NCBI RefSeq assembly: GCF_009914755.1 | Contig: NC_060937.1 | Source of the DNA: the human T2T-CHM13v2.0 reference genome, Homo sapiens | DNA length: 64,000 nucleotides | Strand: one strand, 5' to 3' | In this document: in pieces, positions 1-12,230 of the stretch | Layout: the number at the start of each line of letters is the position of its first letter | How positions within the stretch are numbered: the first letter of the stretch is position 1 | Notes under the pieces: model-generated | Seen by the model: the letters and a program-made list of their open reading frames with translations, nothing else | The model's database searches: none | What the model was told of the DNA's origin: nothing | Translations under genes and position numbers: made by a program

Positions 1-67
1 TGGGGCAATGGAATTGTTTAACTAAAAGAAGTTTAAATTATAGCATCATTAAAATAAAGTAAAAAAT

Positions 68-426
<359 letters not shown>

Positions 427-539
427 TTAAGAGCTTCTTTCTCACTGTCTACTTTTTTCAGCAAGCTGCCTGGTTTGTAATACTCCTTTATTCTCCATTC
501 CTCAATCCCCACCCCTTTTAGTGACATTTTCCCTCTGGT

Positions 540-877
540 CCCCTCCCCTCCCCTCCCCTCCCCTCCCGTCTCCTCTCCTTTCGTTTCCTTTCCTTTCATT
601 TCCTGAGAGGAAATCTCGCTCTGTCACTCAGGATGGAGTGCTGTGGTGTGATCTTAGCTCACTGCAACCTCCGCCTCCTGGGTTCAAGCGATTCTCATGC
701 AGCCTCCCGAGTAGCTAGGATTACATGGACGTGCCAGAACACCCGGCTAATTTTTTAGTAGAGACAGGGTTTCACCAGTTTGACCAGGTTGGTCTCCAAC
801 TCCTGACCTCAAATGATCCACCTGCCTCAGCTTCCCAAAATGTTGGGATTACAGGTGTGAGCCACTGTACCTGGCCA
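540..877 (-). mobile_element. Alu SINE (AluS-type), antisense; tail converted to (CCCCT)n/(TTTCC)n
   Basis: TCTCGCTCTGTCAC...GGGATTACAGGTGTGAGCCACTGTACCTGGCC is reverse-complement Alu; pyrimidine repeat at 540-601. Confidence 0.95.
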
Positions 878-1591
878 AATCTTGTTATTTCTTATACTGA
901 GAATTCAGTTCTCTAGGTAAGTCCTGCCTTCCATCAAGGCATAATTTTAAGACCTCAGTTTACACCCAGTGTTTCATGTAGGTATATTCCCAAGACTCTT
1001 TTTCCCCCTTTGAAGAACTCTAGCATCTGTTGTCAGTCCTCTGTGTCAACTCACCTCTCATCTCTCCTTCCAAATTACATGAATTTAAATACAAGGAAGC
1101 CATAGTCTCTTTGAAGAAACCTTTTGATAGTCTTACTGTTTTAAATGCCTTGTCTCATTTCATTTGAAAATATTTTAATATTATGCCTTATCTTACATAA
1201 AAAATCCCCACAAAAATGATGAAAGCTATATATGTTGTCAAATTTAATACAAATGTATATAAGTGAGAGCCAAAATATCAGATCAGCTTTTACAAAAATT
1301 GTTTGTCATGTATTATTTCAAAAAGTTTTACCACATTGTTGCATCAAACTTTGTTCCTTTTTTTCCCCTCTGGTGATTTGAAGTTATACATTCCATTTCT
1401 ATCTTTTATGGTTAGGGTCAACTTAAAATATATATGTAAACCTAGTTTTTAGTCAACATTAAGAATGAAGAAGTATGAATTTTCCCTGAGCTAAATGAGA
1501 AATTTAACACACCTCATCAATTTCCATATATTGTTGAAACAATTTGAAATTTTAGTTCCAGATTACTATTATTTTATATAACACACTTTCA

Positions 1592-1898
1592 TTTTTTCTT
1601 TTCTTCTTCTTCTTTTTTTTTTTTTTTTTTACATTGAAACAGAGTCTCTCTCTGTCGCCCAGGCCGGAGTGCAGTGGTGCGATCTTGACTCACTGTAACC
1701 TCCCCCTCCTGGGTTCAAGCGATTCTCGTGCATCAGCCTCCCGAGTAGATGGGATTACAGGCATGTGCCACCAGGTCTGGCTAATTTTTGTGTTTTTAGA
1801 GATGGAGTTTCACCATGTTGGCCAGGCTGGTCTTCAACCGCCGACCTCAGGAGATCCACCTGCCTCAGCCTCCCAAGTGCTGGGATTGCAGTGAGCCA
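1592..1898 (-). mobile_element. Alu SINE (AluS-type), antisense, missing its extreme 5' end
   Basis: Poly(T), then GAGTCTCTCTCTGTCGCCCAGG...CTCCCAAGTGCTGGGATTGCAGTGAGCCA. Confidence 0.94.
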
Positions 1899-1998
1899 GA
1901 GCTTGCAGTGAGCCGAGATAGTGCCAGTGCACTCCAGCCTGGGCGACAGAGTGAGATCCCGTCTAAAAAAAAAAAAACCCAAAACAAACAAATAAAAA
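1899..1998 (+). mobile_element. 5'-truncated Alu right-arm fragment fused head-to-head with the preceding Alu
   Basis: GAGCTTGCAGTGAGCCGAGATAGTGCCAGTGCACTCCAGCCTGGGCGACAGAGTGAGA plus A-rich tail. Confidence 0.9.
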
Positions 1999-2649
1999 CC
2001 TCCTCAATTTTATGTGTGCCTTGGGCACCAAATGCATGCCAGGGCAGCCAGTTTCCTCTACGTTGGCCAACCCTGCCTTCGATTCAGAAATGACAAACTA
2101 TGGCTGATGACAGGTCCTCCTTACTCTTCATGAATGTTGACACTGGGTCTGAAGCTTGAACAGGTCTTGAAAGTGTTCTATTGATTTCTGTGGTCCGTCC
2201 TTGCCTGGAGGCCTCATCTGATCCAGAGGGTCTTGGTCTGGGTCTGGGTGGAAGGCAGACCCAGTGGGCTTCTCCTCCGCTAGGTGGCTGGTGTGCTGAC
2301 ACTCACCATCAACTGTGCTGTTTGTTGGTAAAACAGCAAAACTCTAGTTTTCCCTTGGATTATTACAGGAGAAATGGGAAGTGACATTCATGTGCTTAGG
2401 AAACCTGCTAGTTTTAGGTTTGTGTCTTGAGCTGGCACTTGTATTTACCTTTCTATGCTTTTCTCCCCAACACTTCCCATATCTGTTGATTTTGTTTTCT
2501 GCAAAAGACATGGTAGGGTAAATAAAAAAAACGTGAGACTCGTCTCCAGGAACCTATGTCAGAACAGTTAGGAGCTCACAAGATAGCTGGGGAGAGCTGA
2601 TGACCACACAGGAAGCATCACACAGTGGAAGGAAGCCAAGAAGCGGAAA

Positions 2650-2745
2650 AGCTGAGGTCAAATTCCCACTCCATCGTAAGTTGTGTGAACTTGGATAAGT
2701 CCCTTAATTTTTCAGAGTCATATTTCTGATTTCTTCTGACAAAAC
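2650..2745 (+). mobile_element. MIR fragment
   Basis: MIR core-like TCAAATTCCCACTCCA...AGTTGTGTGAACTTGGATAAGTCCCTTAATTTTTCAGAGTC. Confidence 0.6.
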
Positions 2746-3369
2746 AGGTTTTTACTAAGGGCCACACAGTTTGGCAGCAAGGAAGACAGAAAATGAAAAG
2801 AAACAACTACCCACTGACTAGGGAAGCAAGTCAAGCACACCAAATAATGTAAGAACACTGGTGTCCTGCGTGACCAGCGACCACTCTGTTGCACTCCCAT
2901 GAGGTCAGGGAATGACAGAAGATAGAGGGAGAGGAGGGATGTTATTTAACTTTCAGGCAGTGAGCCCCCAAATACACTGTTTAATACTTGTTTTGATCTT
3001 TGATTTCAGTTTTAACATAGCAGATGGGACACACATTTGGCAAGAGTGAGAAAGGAAAGTTCTGGAACAGGTGGTGCAGCTGGCCAGCGTTCAGTAGCCA
3101 CACTCATCCCCAAACAGTGTATGCGACATTTAGTCACTGAGGCTATGAACATTCTGCTATCAGATAGGATGTGTTCCCATCTCACACGGTGTCTTCCATA
3201 TGTCTCAAAATGTTGACAACCTTAAGAAACCACGAAAAGAGCAAATAAAAAGTGAGGAAGAGAGAGATTACCCAGGACAAACAAAGGGATGGAGCCCAGC
3301 TGTTCTCCAGCCTCCCTGAGGACAAAGGGTTCCTCCTGTGAACTGTCCGAGCCCATGATCTTATTCTGC

Positions 3370-3527
3370 TTAGCACCTCCTACCGTAGAGTTTGCTTGTT
3401 TGTATACGGAGTTAATGTTCCCTACTGAACCATAATCATCTGGAGCCCGCAGCCTGCCTCTTTCATCTTTGAGTCCCCTTAAGATGAGCCTTGTACTTAG
3501 TAGGAACTCAGTGACTGTGTGTTGAAA
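3370..3527 (+). mobile_element. L2 LINE 3' end fragment
   Basis: TCTTTCATCTTTGAGTCCCC...GTACTTAGTAGGAACTCAGTGACTGTGTGTTGAA resembles the L2 3' terminus. Confidence 0.55.
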
Positions 3528-4782
3528 GCACAGAGGGCCTGGAAACCGCAGTGGCAGGCATATAAATCACATAGAATTAAGGTTCATTTTCTTGAGGGTT
3601 GTTGAATGAGGGAATAATTTACTGAGGGAATGTTATCTCCTCTAGAGGTCTTAAAAAAATCTCCTCATCAATTTGAAATGATTTAAATATGATCTTGCGT
3701 GTGGCCAGAGGAAGTGAGCAGCTGAGCTCTCAGGATTCTGTCCAGAGCCCAGAGCTCTGATCTATGATGAAAAACATCAGCTTCGACTTCTCTCTCTTTC
3801 ATTCTTTCTCTTCCTCCACTTCCCGGTCAACCATGTTTGAATCCAACTGACAGTGATAAATGAACAGTAGGATTCTTGCATTTTGTACTTTCATGAAAGT
3901 CTCTGAGTACCTGAAAGAGAGATCTGGGCTTGGGGTTATTCACCAGAACAGGGTCCAGCCGTTATCTGAGGCGGTGGCAGGTCTCTGTTTCTTCTGCTAT
4001 GATGACTGGGCACTTAGGAGCAAATCAGATGGCAGCACTGCCTCCTTCATCTGGCCTGAAAAAAACTGAGGCTGTTCAAAATGTGAATGTTTTTTGGATA
4101 TGCGGTTTTCTGGAAATCTTCCAAATAGGGACTCTAACCTTAGCATGAATGTTTTTTGTTTTTTGTTTTTAAAGGCATCTGAGATTTTGCCAATAATTCT
4201 TGGACATAGCCCTTCATGCCACCCATCATATGCAGAGGCCAGGGGGAAGCTTTCCCCCTTTTCTGCTCTGAATCCATGGCACTCAGTGAAAATAAAGGGA
4301 TTTTTGACAAGGGAATTACATTCTCCCATTTGACAGTGAAATCGTGTTTCTTTACTTAAAAGGAACTTTGCCTCTGAGGTCTAATTTTCAAACAGTTTTG
4401 GAATGAGATGTTTAGGACTGTTAAAAATGCATCTTTATTTTTGATTTCTCATTTTGTTTGGGCTCCAGAGGTTCCTAGTTTGCTTATTATGATTAGCTTT
4501 CATGAGTGTCAGTATTTTATTTTGGTGTGAAGATGGGAAGCTGGAAAACACACTGGATTTAAAATTTTCTTGTTTCCCCTTCATGTTGTGGAAATTCTCT
4601 TCCCTTCAGAGCTAATTTGTTCAAACTCAAATACTTAAAAATCACAGCAGCCAAACAAAAGGACATGGCGAAAAGAAAAGAAGGTAGCCTGGGCCAGTAG
4701 TGTCACTCGGTGTGGACTTCTGAGGTGTTGAACAGGAACTTCTGTTTCTGTTTTCCTCTTTTCTCTCCTCCTTTCTCTTCAG

Positions 4783-4880
4783 AGAGGGGATCTGAAGTAG
4801 CTGGTGTGACCAGTTTCATGAAGCCTGCTTCAATAGCTGGCCTGAAGTAGTTTCTTAGAATTTCCTTCTGAAAAATGATG
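4783..4880 (+). other. Candidate exon (98 nt) in unique sequence; host gene not identified
   Basis: About 40-nt polypyrimidine tract ending TTTCTCTTCAG (AG at 4781-4782); donor-like ATGATG|GTAAAG at 4880/4881. Confidence 0.35.
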
Positions 4881-5189
4881 GTAAAGGGTGAAGAACTGTT
4901 GGTATTTTGATGAGACCAGGTTCTTTATGAAAGAAAAGGGAATGAGGGTTCAACATTGAACTAAAATGTATTGAGCCCTCCCTCTGGGTCAGGCACTAGT
5001 ATTGGAAGCTGGGAGTGGCATCGGCATCTCACTACTTGTCCTATAACTCCAGGTCTCCTAGGGAGAAGAGGCAGTGAGCATGTTGGGGGTATGTGTCTGG
5101 ATCGCAATAGGCCACTCAGGGGCAGTCATGTTGGGTTACTGAAGGGCAGGTTATTCAACTCTGCATATTCTGGGAGTTTTAATTGTATA

Positions 5190-5568
5190 GACCTGTTCTC
5201 CAGAATGGCATCACTAGCCCCATGTGGCTGTTGAGCATTTGAGATGTCGCTGGTCCGAACTGAAATGTGCTGTGAGTGTAAAATACGTATCCTGATGTCT
5301 AAGACTTAGTATACATAAAGGAAGTAAAATAGCTTGATATTTTCCATTAATTACATGTTGAACGATAATATTTTGGATATTTTGGATGTAATATAATAAA
5401 CTACTAAACTTCACCTGTTTCTTGTACTTCTTAAAATGGGGCTACTAGATAATGTAAAACTACACAGGCAGGATTGTCTTTAGCTCAAGAGGTTGCTTCC
5501 TCACCCAGGACCTCACATCTGCAAAGTTACATATATGGCTTACATTATATTTCTACTGGATGGCACTG
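5190..5568 (-). mobile_element. MER33-like hAT-Charlie DNA transposon with a ~60-bp internal insertion
   Basis: CACTAGCCCCATGTGGCTGTTGAGCATTTGAGATG...CACCTGTTTC...TGGCTTACATTATATTTCTACTGGATGGCACTG matches MER33 as recalled. Confidence 0.8.
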
Positions 5569-5789
5569 GTCTTGGGCATGGCATTGGAAAGAAATGGGGA
5601 CAATTCTCCTCATTAGATTTTCTCTTTCACTCTATTTCTTGTAAGTGCTAGAACTGTGAATTTTGGCAATGATATGTTGCTTTGAACGATGCACATGGCC
5701 TTCTCCATATGCTTCTTGTTTTTCTAACAAGATTATAAGTATCTTGAGTTCCTTTAAGTCGTAGAGTCAACAAACCCACAACGAGTGAT

Positions 5790-5900
5790 AATTGTTGTGT
5801 CAGGTATGGTGCTGGGTTCTGGGATTGCAAAATTGAGTAAGACCTGGCCGTTGCCCTAGGAACTGCTATCTAGAGATAAGGCAGGTAAGTATGCAGCTGC
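5790..5900 (-). mobile_element. L2 fragment
   Basis: TGTGTCAGGTATGGTGCTGGGTTCTGGGATTGCAAAATTGAGTAAGACCTGGCCGTTGCCCT is typical antisense L2 3' region. Confidence 0.6.
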
Positions 5901-6340
5901 CAGAATTAAATGCAAGCCTGGGGGCTCCGGCCTTCTCATCATGGGAAGAGGAATCCAGAAGGATGGGGTCTGAGTCACCTAGTTCTATAATATCCCCAGC
6001 TCTACTAAATCATTTTTATATGTAAGTTGTTTTTATCACACAAGTACAGTCATGCATGGCTGAACAATGGGGACATGTTCTGAGAAATGCATTGTCAGGC
6101 AATTTCATCATCCTGTGCACATCATAGAATGTGCTCACACAAGCCTAGATAGTGTGGCCTACTTCACACTCATGCTCTATGGCACAGCCTATTGCTCCTA
6201 GGCTATAAAACTGTATAGCATGTTACTGTACTGAATTTGGTAGGCAACTATAACATAATGGTAAGTAGTTGTGTATCTAACATATCTAAACATAGAAAAA
6301 GTACAGTAAAAACATAGTATAAAAGATAATAAATGGCAGA

Positions 6341-6722
6341 TGTATTAGTCCGTTCTTGCATTGCTAGAAAGAACTACATGAGCCTGGGTAATTTATAAAG
6401 AAAAGAGGTTTAACTGGCTCACGGTTCCACATGTGTTCAGGAAGCATGGCTGGAGAGGACTCGGGAGACTTACAGTCATGGCGGAAAGCAAAGGGGAAGC
6501 AGACATGACCTACATGCTGGAGCAGGAGGAAGAGAGCAAGGCAGGAGGTGCCACACACTTTCGAACAACCAGATCTCGTGAGAACTCGCTCACTATCATG
6601 AGAACAGCAAGGGGGAAATCTGCCCCCATGATCCATTCGTCTCCCACTATGCCCCACGTCCAACACTGGGGATTAAAATGTGACATGAGATTTAGGTGGG
6701 GACACAAATCCAAACCATATCA
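6341..6722 (-). mobile_element. MST (MSTA-like) MaLR solo LTR nested in Tigger3b
   Basis: TGTATTAGTCCGTTCTTGCATTGCT...GGGGACACAAATCCAAACCATATCA; degenerate 5-bp TSD GCAGA/GTACA. Confidence 0.92.
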
Positions 6723-6818
6723 GTACACCTGTATACGGCATTTCTGGGTGAATCAGTGAATGAGTGGTGAGTGAATGTAAAGGCCTAGGATATTACTGTA
6801 AACTACTGTGGACTTTAT

Positions 6819-7107
6819 TTTTATTTGTTAGTTTATTTTTGAGACTTTATAGCCTAGGTTGGAGTGCAGTGACACGATCATAGCTGACTGCAGCCTCAAA
6901 CTCTGGGCTCAAGTGATCCCACCCCTCAGCCTCCAAGTAGTTAGGAATATAGGCATGTGCCACCACGTCTGGCTAATTTTTAAATTTTTTGTAGAGACAA
7001 GTCTTGCTATGTTGCCCAGGCTGGTCTGAAACTCCTGGCCTCAAGTGTCCTCCCACCTTGGCTTTCCAAAGTGCTAAGATTACAGGTGTGAGTCACTGTG
7101 ACTGGCC
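6819..7107 (-). mobile_element. AluJ nested in Tigger3b
   Basis: AluJ-type ATCATAGCT, CTCAAGTGATCC, TTGCTATGTTGCCCAGG; perfect 16-bp TSD CTACTGTGGACTTTAT at 6803-6818 and 7108-7123. Confidence 0.95.
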
Positions 7108-7367
7108 CTACTGTGGACTTTATAAACACTATGAACTTAGGCTACATTAAATTTGTAGCAAATATTTTTTCTTCAATAATACATTAAATGTTGCTCACTG
7201 TAACCTTTTTACTTTATAAACTTTATTTTTTTAACTTTTTGACTTTTTTGTAAGTGCAGCTTAAAACATAAACAGATTGTCAAACTATGAAAATATTTTT
7301 TCTTTATATCCTTATTCTATAAGTATTTTCCTATTTTTAAAGCTTTTTATCTATTTTCTGCCCATTT

Positions 7368-7393
7368 TTGTTGTTGTTGTTGTTGTTGTTGTT
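7368..7393. repeat. (GTT)n microsatellite
   Basis: TTGTTGTTG run read directly. Confidence 0.9.
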
Positions 7394-8059
7394 AAAAGCT
7401 AAGACAAACACACGCATCAGCCTAGGCTGACGTCACGATTGATGATGTCAGGATCATTAATACCACTGTCTTCCACTTCCACATCTTGCCTCTAAAAACT
7501 GGAAGGTTTCAGGGGCAATAACATGCATGAGGCTGTCATCTCTTATGATGACAATGTCTTCTTCTGGAATACCTCCTGAAGGGCCTGCCCAAGGCTATTT
7601 TATAGGTAACTATTTTTTTTTATAAGTAGGAGGAACACACTCTAAAATAATGATAAGAAGTATGGTATAGTGAATACATAAACCGATAACATAGTCCTTT
7701 GTTATCACTATGAAGTATTATATGCTGTACATAATTGCCTGTGCTATTCTTTTATATGACTGGCAGCACAGTAGGCTTGTTCACATCAGCATCATCACAA
7801 ACATGTGAGTAATGTGTTGTACCACGATGTTAAGATGGCTACATCACTGGGTGGTAGAACTTTTTCAGCTCCATTTTAATCTTGTGGAAACACCATCGTA
7901 TATGTGTTTCTTGGTGATTGTATCGTCATTATGCAGCACTTGACTGTAAAAGATAATCATTGTAAAAAAAAAAAGAAAATACAGATAAAGCAGAAAACAC
8001 AGACCTCACAGTTGGCATGGTTAGCATTTGAATATAATCCTTTCCAGTAATAAGTTTGT

Positions 8060-8450
8060 CAAGTGTCAGAGCTGAAACTCAGATTAGGCATAGCAGAAAA
8101 GAGAATCTGTGGCTTTTCAAAGGCTGGATCTAGAAAATCAAACAATGATCAGCTCTCTTTCTCTCTCTCTCCATCTTTTATCTGTGCTTTCATCTGTTCT
8201 GGCTTCATTCCCAGACTGACTTTCTGCTCATTCTGGAAAGATGGACCCTGACAGTTCAGGCTTATGTGATCCTTTGTGCCTAAAATCTTAGTAGAGAAGA
8301 CAGAGAGAGACAGGGAGAGACTGAAACGGAGCGAGAACCACTGGCTCCATTATTGTGTTCAAAAGGGTTAATCTACTTGGTCCACCCAACAAAATCCATG
8401 GATTAAGAAAGGGAAAGACTGGTTTCCCATAGACAGAAGCAGAAAAGAAG
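8060..8450 (-). mobile_element. Old MLT1-type MaLR LTR remnant
   Basis: GGCTGGATCTAG...CAAACAATGATCA and TGGCTTCATTCCCAGACTG...AAGATGG resemble the MLT1K/L group; highly diverged. Confidence 0.45.
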
Positions 8451-10207
8451 ATATATCTGTTCACCTGCCCACCTACTTACTAACCTGCTTATTTATCTGG
8501 CATAATAAACTATTTGGGCGGGATGAGGGAGATAGGAAAGTGCCTACTACTTCTTAGCTTAATAATGAAGCCTCATTTTACTGAAAGGGGTAAGACAAAA
8601 GCCAGGTTTATAGGAGAGTTATCCTTAACTTAGTGTGATCTTAGACCACGCTTTTTCCGAGAACAGCATTATGGCTTCTGTAGCTGAGGTGTGCTTATCT
8701 CTTCTTTGTTGACATTTCTAGAAAGGAAATCAGTTGCAGCTATCTCTGGTGTGGACACTGAACCACATTTGGAGTCTTCACATTCATTCTTGCTCACAAT
8801 CTGAGGACCCAAATTCCCTACTTTAGCAAAAGAGAGCTATCTGACTTTCTAGTCAGGGCTGGAGGTGCTGCTAGATTTTGCTAGATGCAGGAAGGACTTC
8901 AGTGTGGAAGCTTCTGTTCCTGTTGGAGAAGGACAGTATTGCATTTTCCAAGGGAAGGATTGCAGTTGGGGGCACAGGACAGAGACTTAAGGAATGGGAC
9001 ACAATTGGGTGTAGGGGTGGGGAATCTGGAAATAGACCATCCAGGAGGAAGAGAGCATTTTTAGAGGGCACTCTTGTTGCAAAGCCCTAAGTCTGATAGG
9101 GCCTTCTGTTGTGGTATAAGGAACAATGATGTTAGATAGCATTCTTATTTTTGTTCCTCGAGCGCTACATCCTAAAGTTTCGATATGGACTTGACACTGC
9201 AGTAGCTATAACATTACCTGGAGAAGCAAGGTGTGGAAAAGAGAGGGCTTTATTCTCCTTGGGGGATCTGATGGCAAAAGGGTGTCAGCTCTAAGTGGAA
9301 AATTGAGAGACCTATGTGGCAGCAATGGCTATAAAGACTCTGGGTATGAGAGACAATAAGAGTGAATTCATTAATCTCTCTTTTCTGCTGAAAGGGTTAG
9401 TGAGCTCTACGTCTGGACTGAAAAAAGGGGCCCTGACCTTTCCATATGTACAATATATGTCACCTGAAAATGTCGGGATCTCCCCTGTAGATCCCCTGCA
9501 CTTGGATTTATTTCATGCTTTCATAATAACTGGCCAGTTTCTAGCAGAGAGGCGCTATGGTGGCAAATACTGAAACTGAGTACCCTGAATGGCAATAGAT
9601 TTCAGAGCCTATTCAGGGTGCTCCAAAAGTTGACTGCATGGCATCTTGAAAATATATCTCTCTTGGTCTACTCCAGGATTCTTCTGGCTCCTGATAAAAT
9701 AAAGACAACATTTTTAGACTGCATAAAGGTCAAATAACAAGTGTGCATATTGAATAAGGATCAACCTTTGCCTCTATGCTTGATATACCACCTCTTAATC
9801 TGATCATGTAGAACATGGTTCTTAGACTAACATAGGACATGATAAAACTTGATTTACAGAACAATGTACTTTGTAAAATAGATGATTGCAAAACACTTTA
9901 AATGTATAAAGTATTATATGGAAGCTTAATGATTATGGCAATTATTTTACAACTTAATTGTGGGAAAATGAAAGGAATAGAGTAGTTTAATGAATTCAAA
10001 ATTTTATCAGACTGTGTACTATGAGGAAGATAAAAAGGAGAGTTTGCAGCTTAACGTTACCTTCTGTGAATGTTAAACCTGCAATCAGACTTCTCAGCAT
10101 TTTTTAAACCAGAGACTTAGTGTCCTTAGAGTTACAACATGATTTTGATTATGCAGATAATTAGCTTTAAGTAAATTATATTTTACATTTCATGAGAATA
10201 ATATTTA

Positions 10208-10663
<456 letters not shown>

Positions 10664-12184
10664 TTATATCCAAACCCAGCCTTCAGCACAGCTGAAATTG
10701 GGTGAGTTTCCTTTGTTAAAGTTTGTATATTGAAGTAATAAAGTGATATAATCCTGGGCTTTGGAGTGGATTTACTAAAGGCAATAATGCATGCTGTACA
10801 TTTTACATTGAGGATTTCAAAACACTGGTTATTTGTTCTATCATTGACTGTCCTTTCTGGTCCCGAGAGCTGTATAAAGTGAGCTGAGTGCAAATGGATG
10901 TTTGAATTTTATTATATTTGGCTACCAAGTCAATTAAAGAAATCGCTTACCCTGCCCATTCACTACAAGTGCTGTTGGCCTTGGGATTTTTATACCTTTG
11001 GTCCTTGGCTACAATAGTTTCTACATAATAAACTGAGATTAAAGTTGTTCCCTGTCATGAGATGAATAATATTTAACATAGCTATTCAACGTATCCAACT
11101 CATAACCTTTGACCAAATCACTGGAATAATTTAATTTTTTAAAAACCAGATTTCATTCTGCTTTGAAGCAAATTGATTCACCACCTCAAACTAAAGGTTT
11201 GAAATGAGCATTTAGGCATAAGTGGCTTTCCTAACCCACAAGGGAGGTCAATTCCCAAAGAATCTTTCATTTTTGCAGTTCGGATTTACTTTCTCACAAT
11301 CATTTTGCAACCTATCTGCACAGAGTTTATACCTTTGAGGTATAATCCCAAGTAATTTATCACTTTTTCTATACACTAAAATTAAATAGCTTAATTCTCA
11401 GGGGATTAGCTGAGAAAACATTTGCTGTTTCGGCCAACCCTCTGTAATCTATATTTCTTCAAGTTGTTAAAATGTCAAATTGAAAGAGGGTCCAACAAAG
11501 CAACAATGAAGTTCAAAGAGAGTAAACCATATTCTCTCCAGTTACTGCAATTTTTTAATTGATCTCATTGATCCTGGAAAATAAATGCATATTGCTGTAA
11601 GTTTCAGAAACTCAAGAATATTTTAAGACAATCAACTTAGGAATAAATATATTACTAAAAAGACAATTTTACTGGTCAGGCAAAGAGCTGGCTCTTTCTG
11701 GAAAAAAAAAATGCTGTGCTTGGGTTTTCAGTATTCGCACAGATCCTTGTTTGATGATTTCCAAACATACAAAATAATGTATCTGTTAGAAGTATGTTTG
11801 AAAAGTTAATATCTGTAGTTGATTAGCACAATTGAGGAATTAATGTATTCACTTTTTATTTATTCTGAATTATAATTGCTAATTGTTGTCGGTTAATCTA
11901 AGTAAGGCCTCGGGCCTTTATTGGAAGTGTCTGTCTTTGAAAGTTGTCTGCCTTGAGTTTCCTCAGCTACAATCAAGACTTGAGAAATTCAAACACACTT
12001 GTAAATCTAGACATCTATTAATGCCCATCAATAACCAGTAATCAAGGCCTGAATCTATTAGCAAAACAAATAAGCAGCCTTTGAAATGAAAAGATAAATA
12101 TAAGAAATCATGAATATACTAATTGCCCTTTGATGTTACAGCTGTTAGACCAAATTTGGCCCCTAGCAATGGAGAGAGACACTC

Positions 12185-12230
12185 GTGTGTGTGTGTGTGT
12201 GCGTGCGTGTGTGTGTGTGTGTGTGTGTGT
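12185..12230. repeat. (TG)n microsatellite interrupted by CG
   Basis: GTGTGT...GCGTGCGT...GTGT read directly. Confidence 0.97.

Larger units (their letters stand above)
6047..7946 (+). mobile_element. Tigger3b-like TcMar-Tigger DNA transposon, interrupted by an MST LTR and an AluJ
   Basis: Termini CAGTCATGCA... and ...GCACTTGACTG flanked by TA at 6045-6046 and 7947-7948; internal sequence is colinear with Tigger3b. Confidence 0.9.

Noticed and set aside
6364-6759. Overlapping ~100-aa ORFs on both strands (also 27768-28282)
   Set aside because: They lie wholly or mainly within MST solo LTRs.
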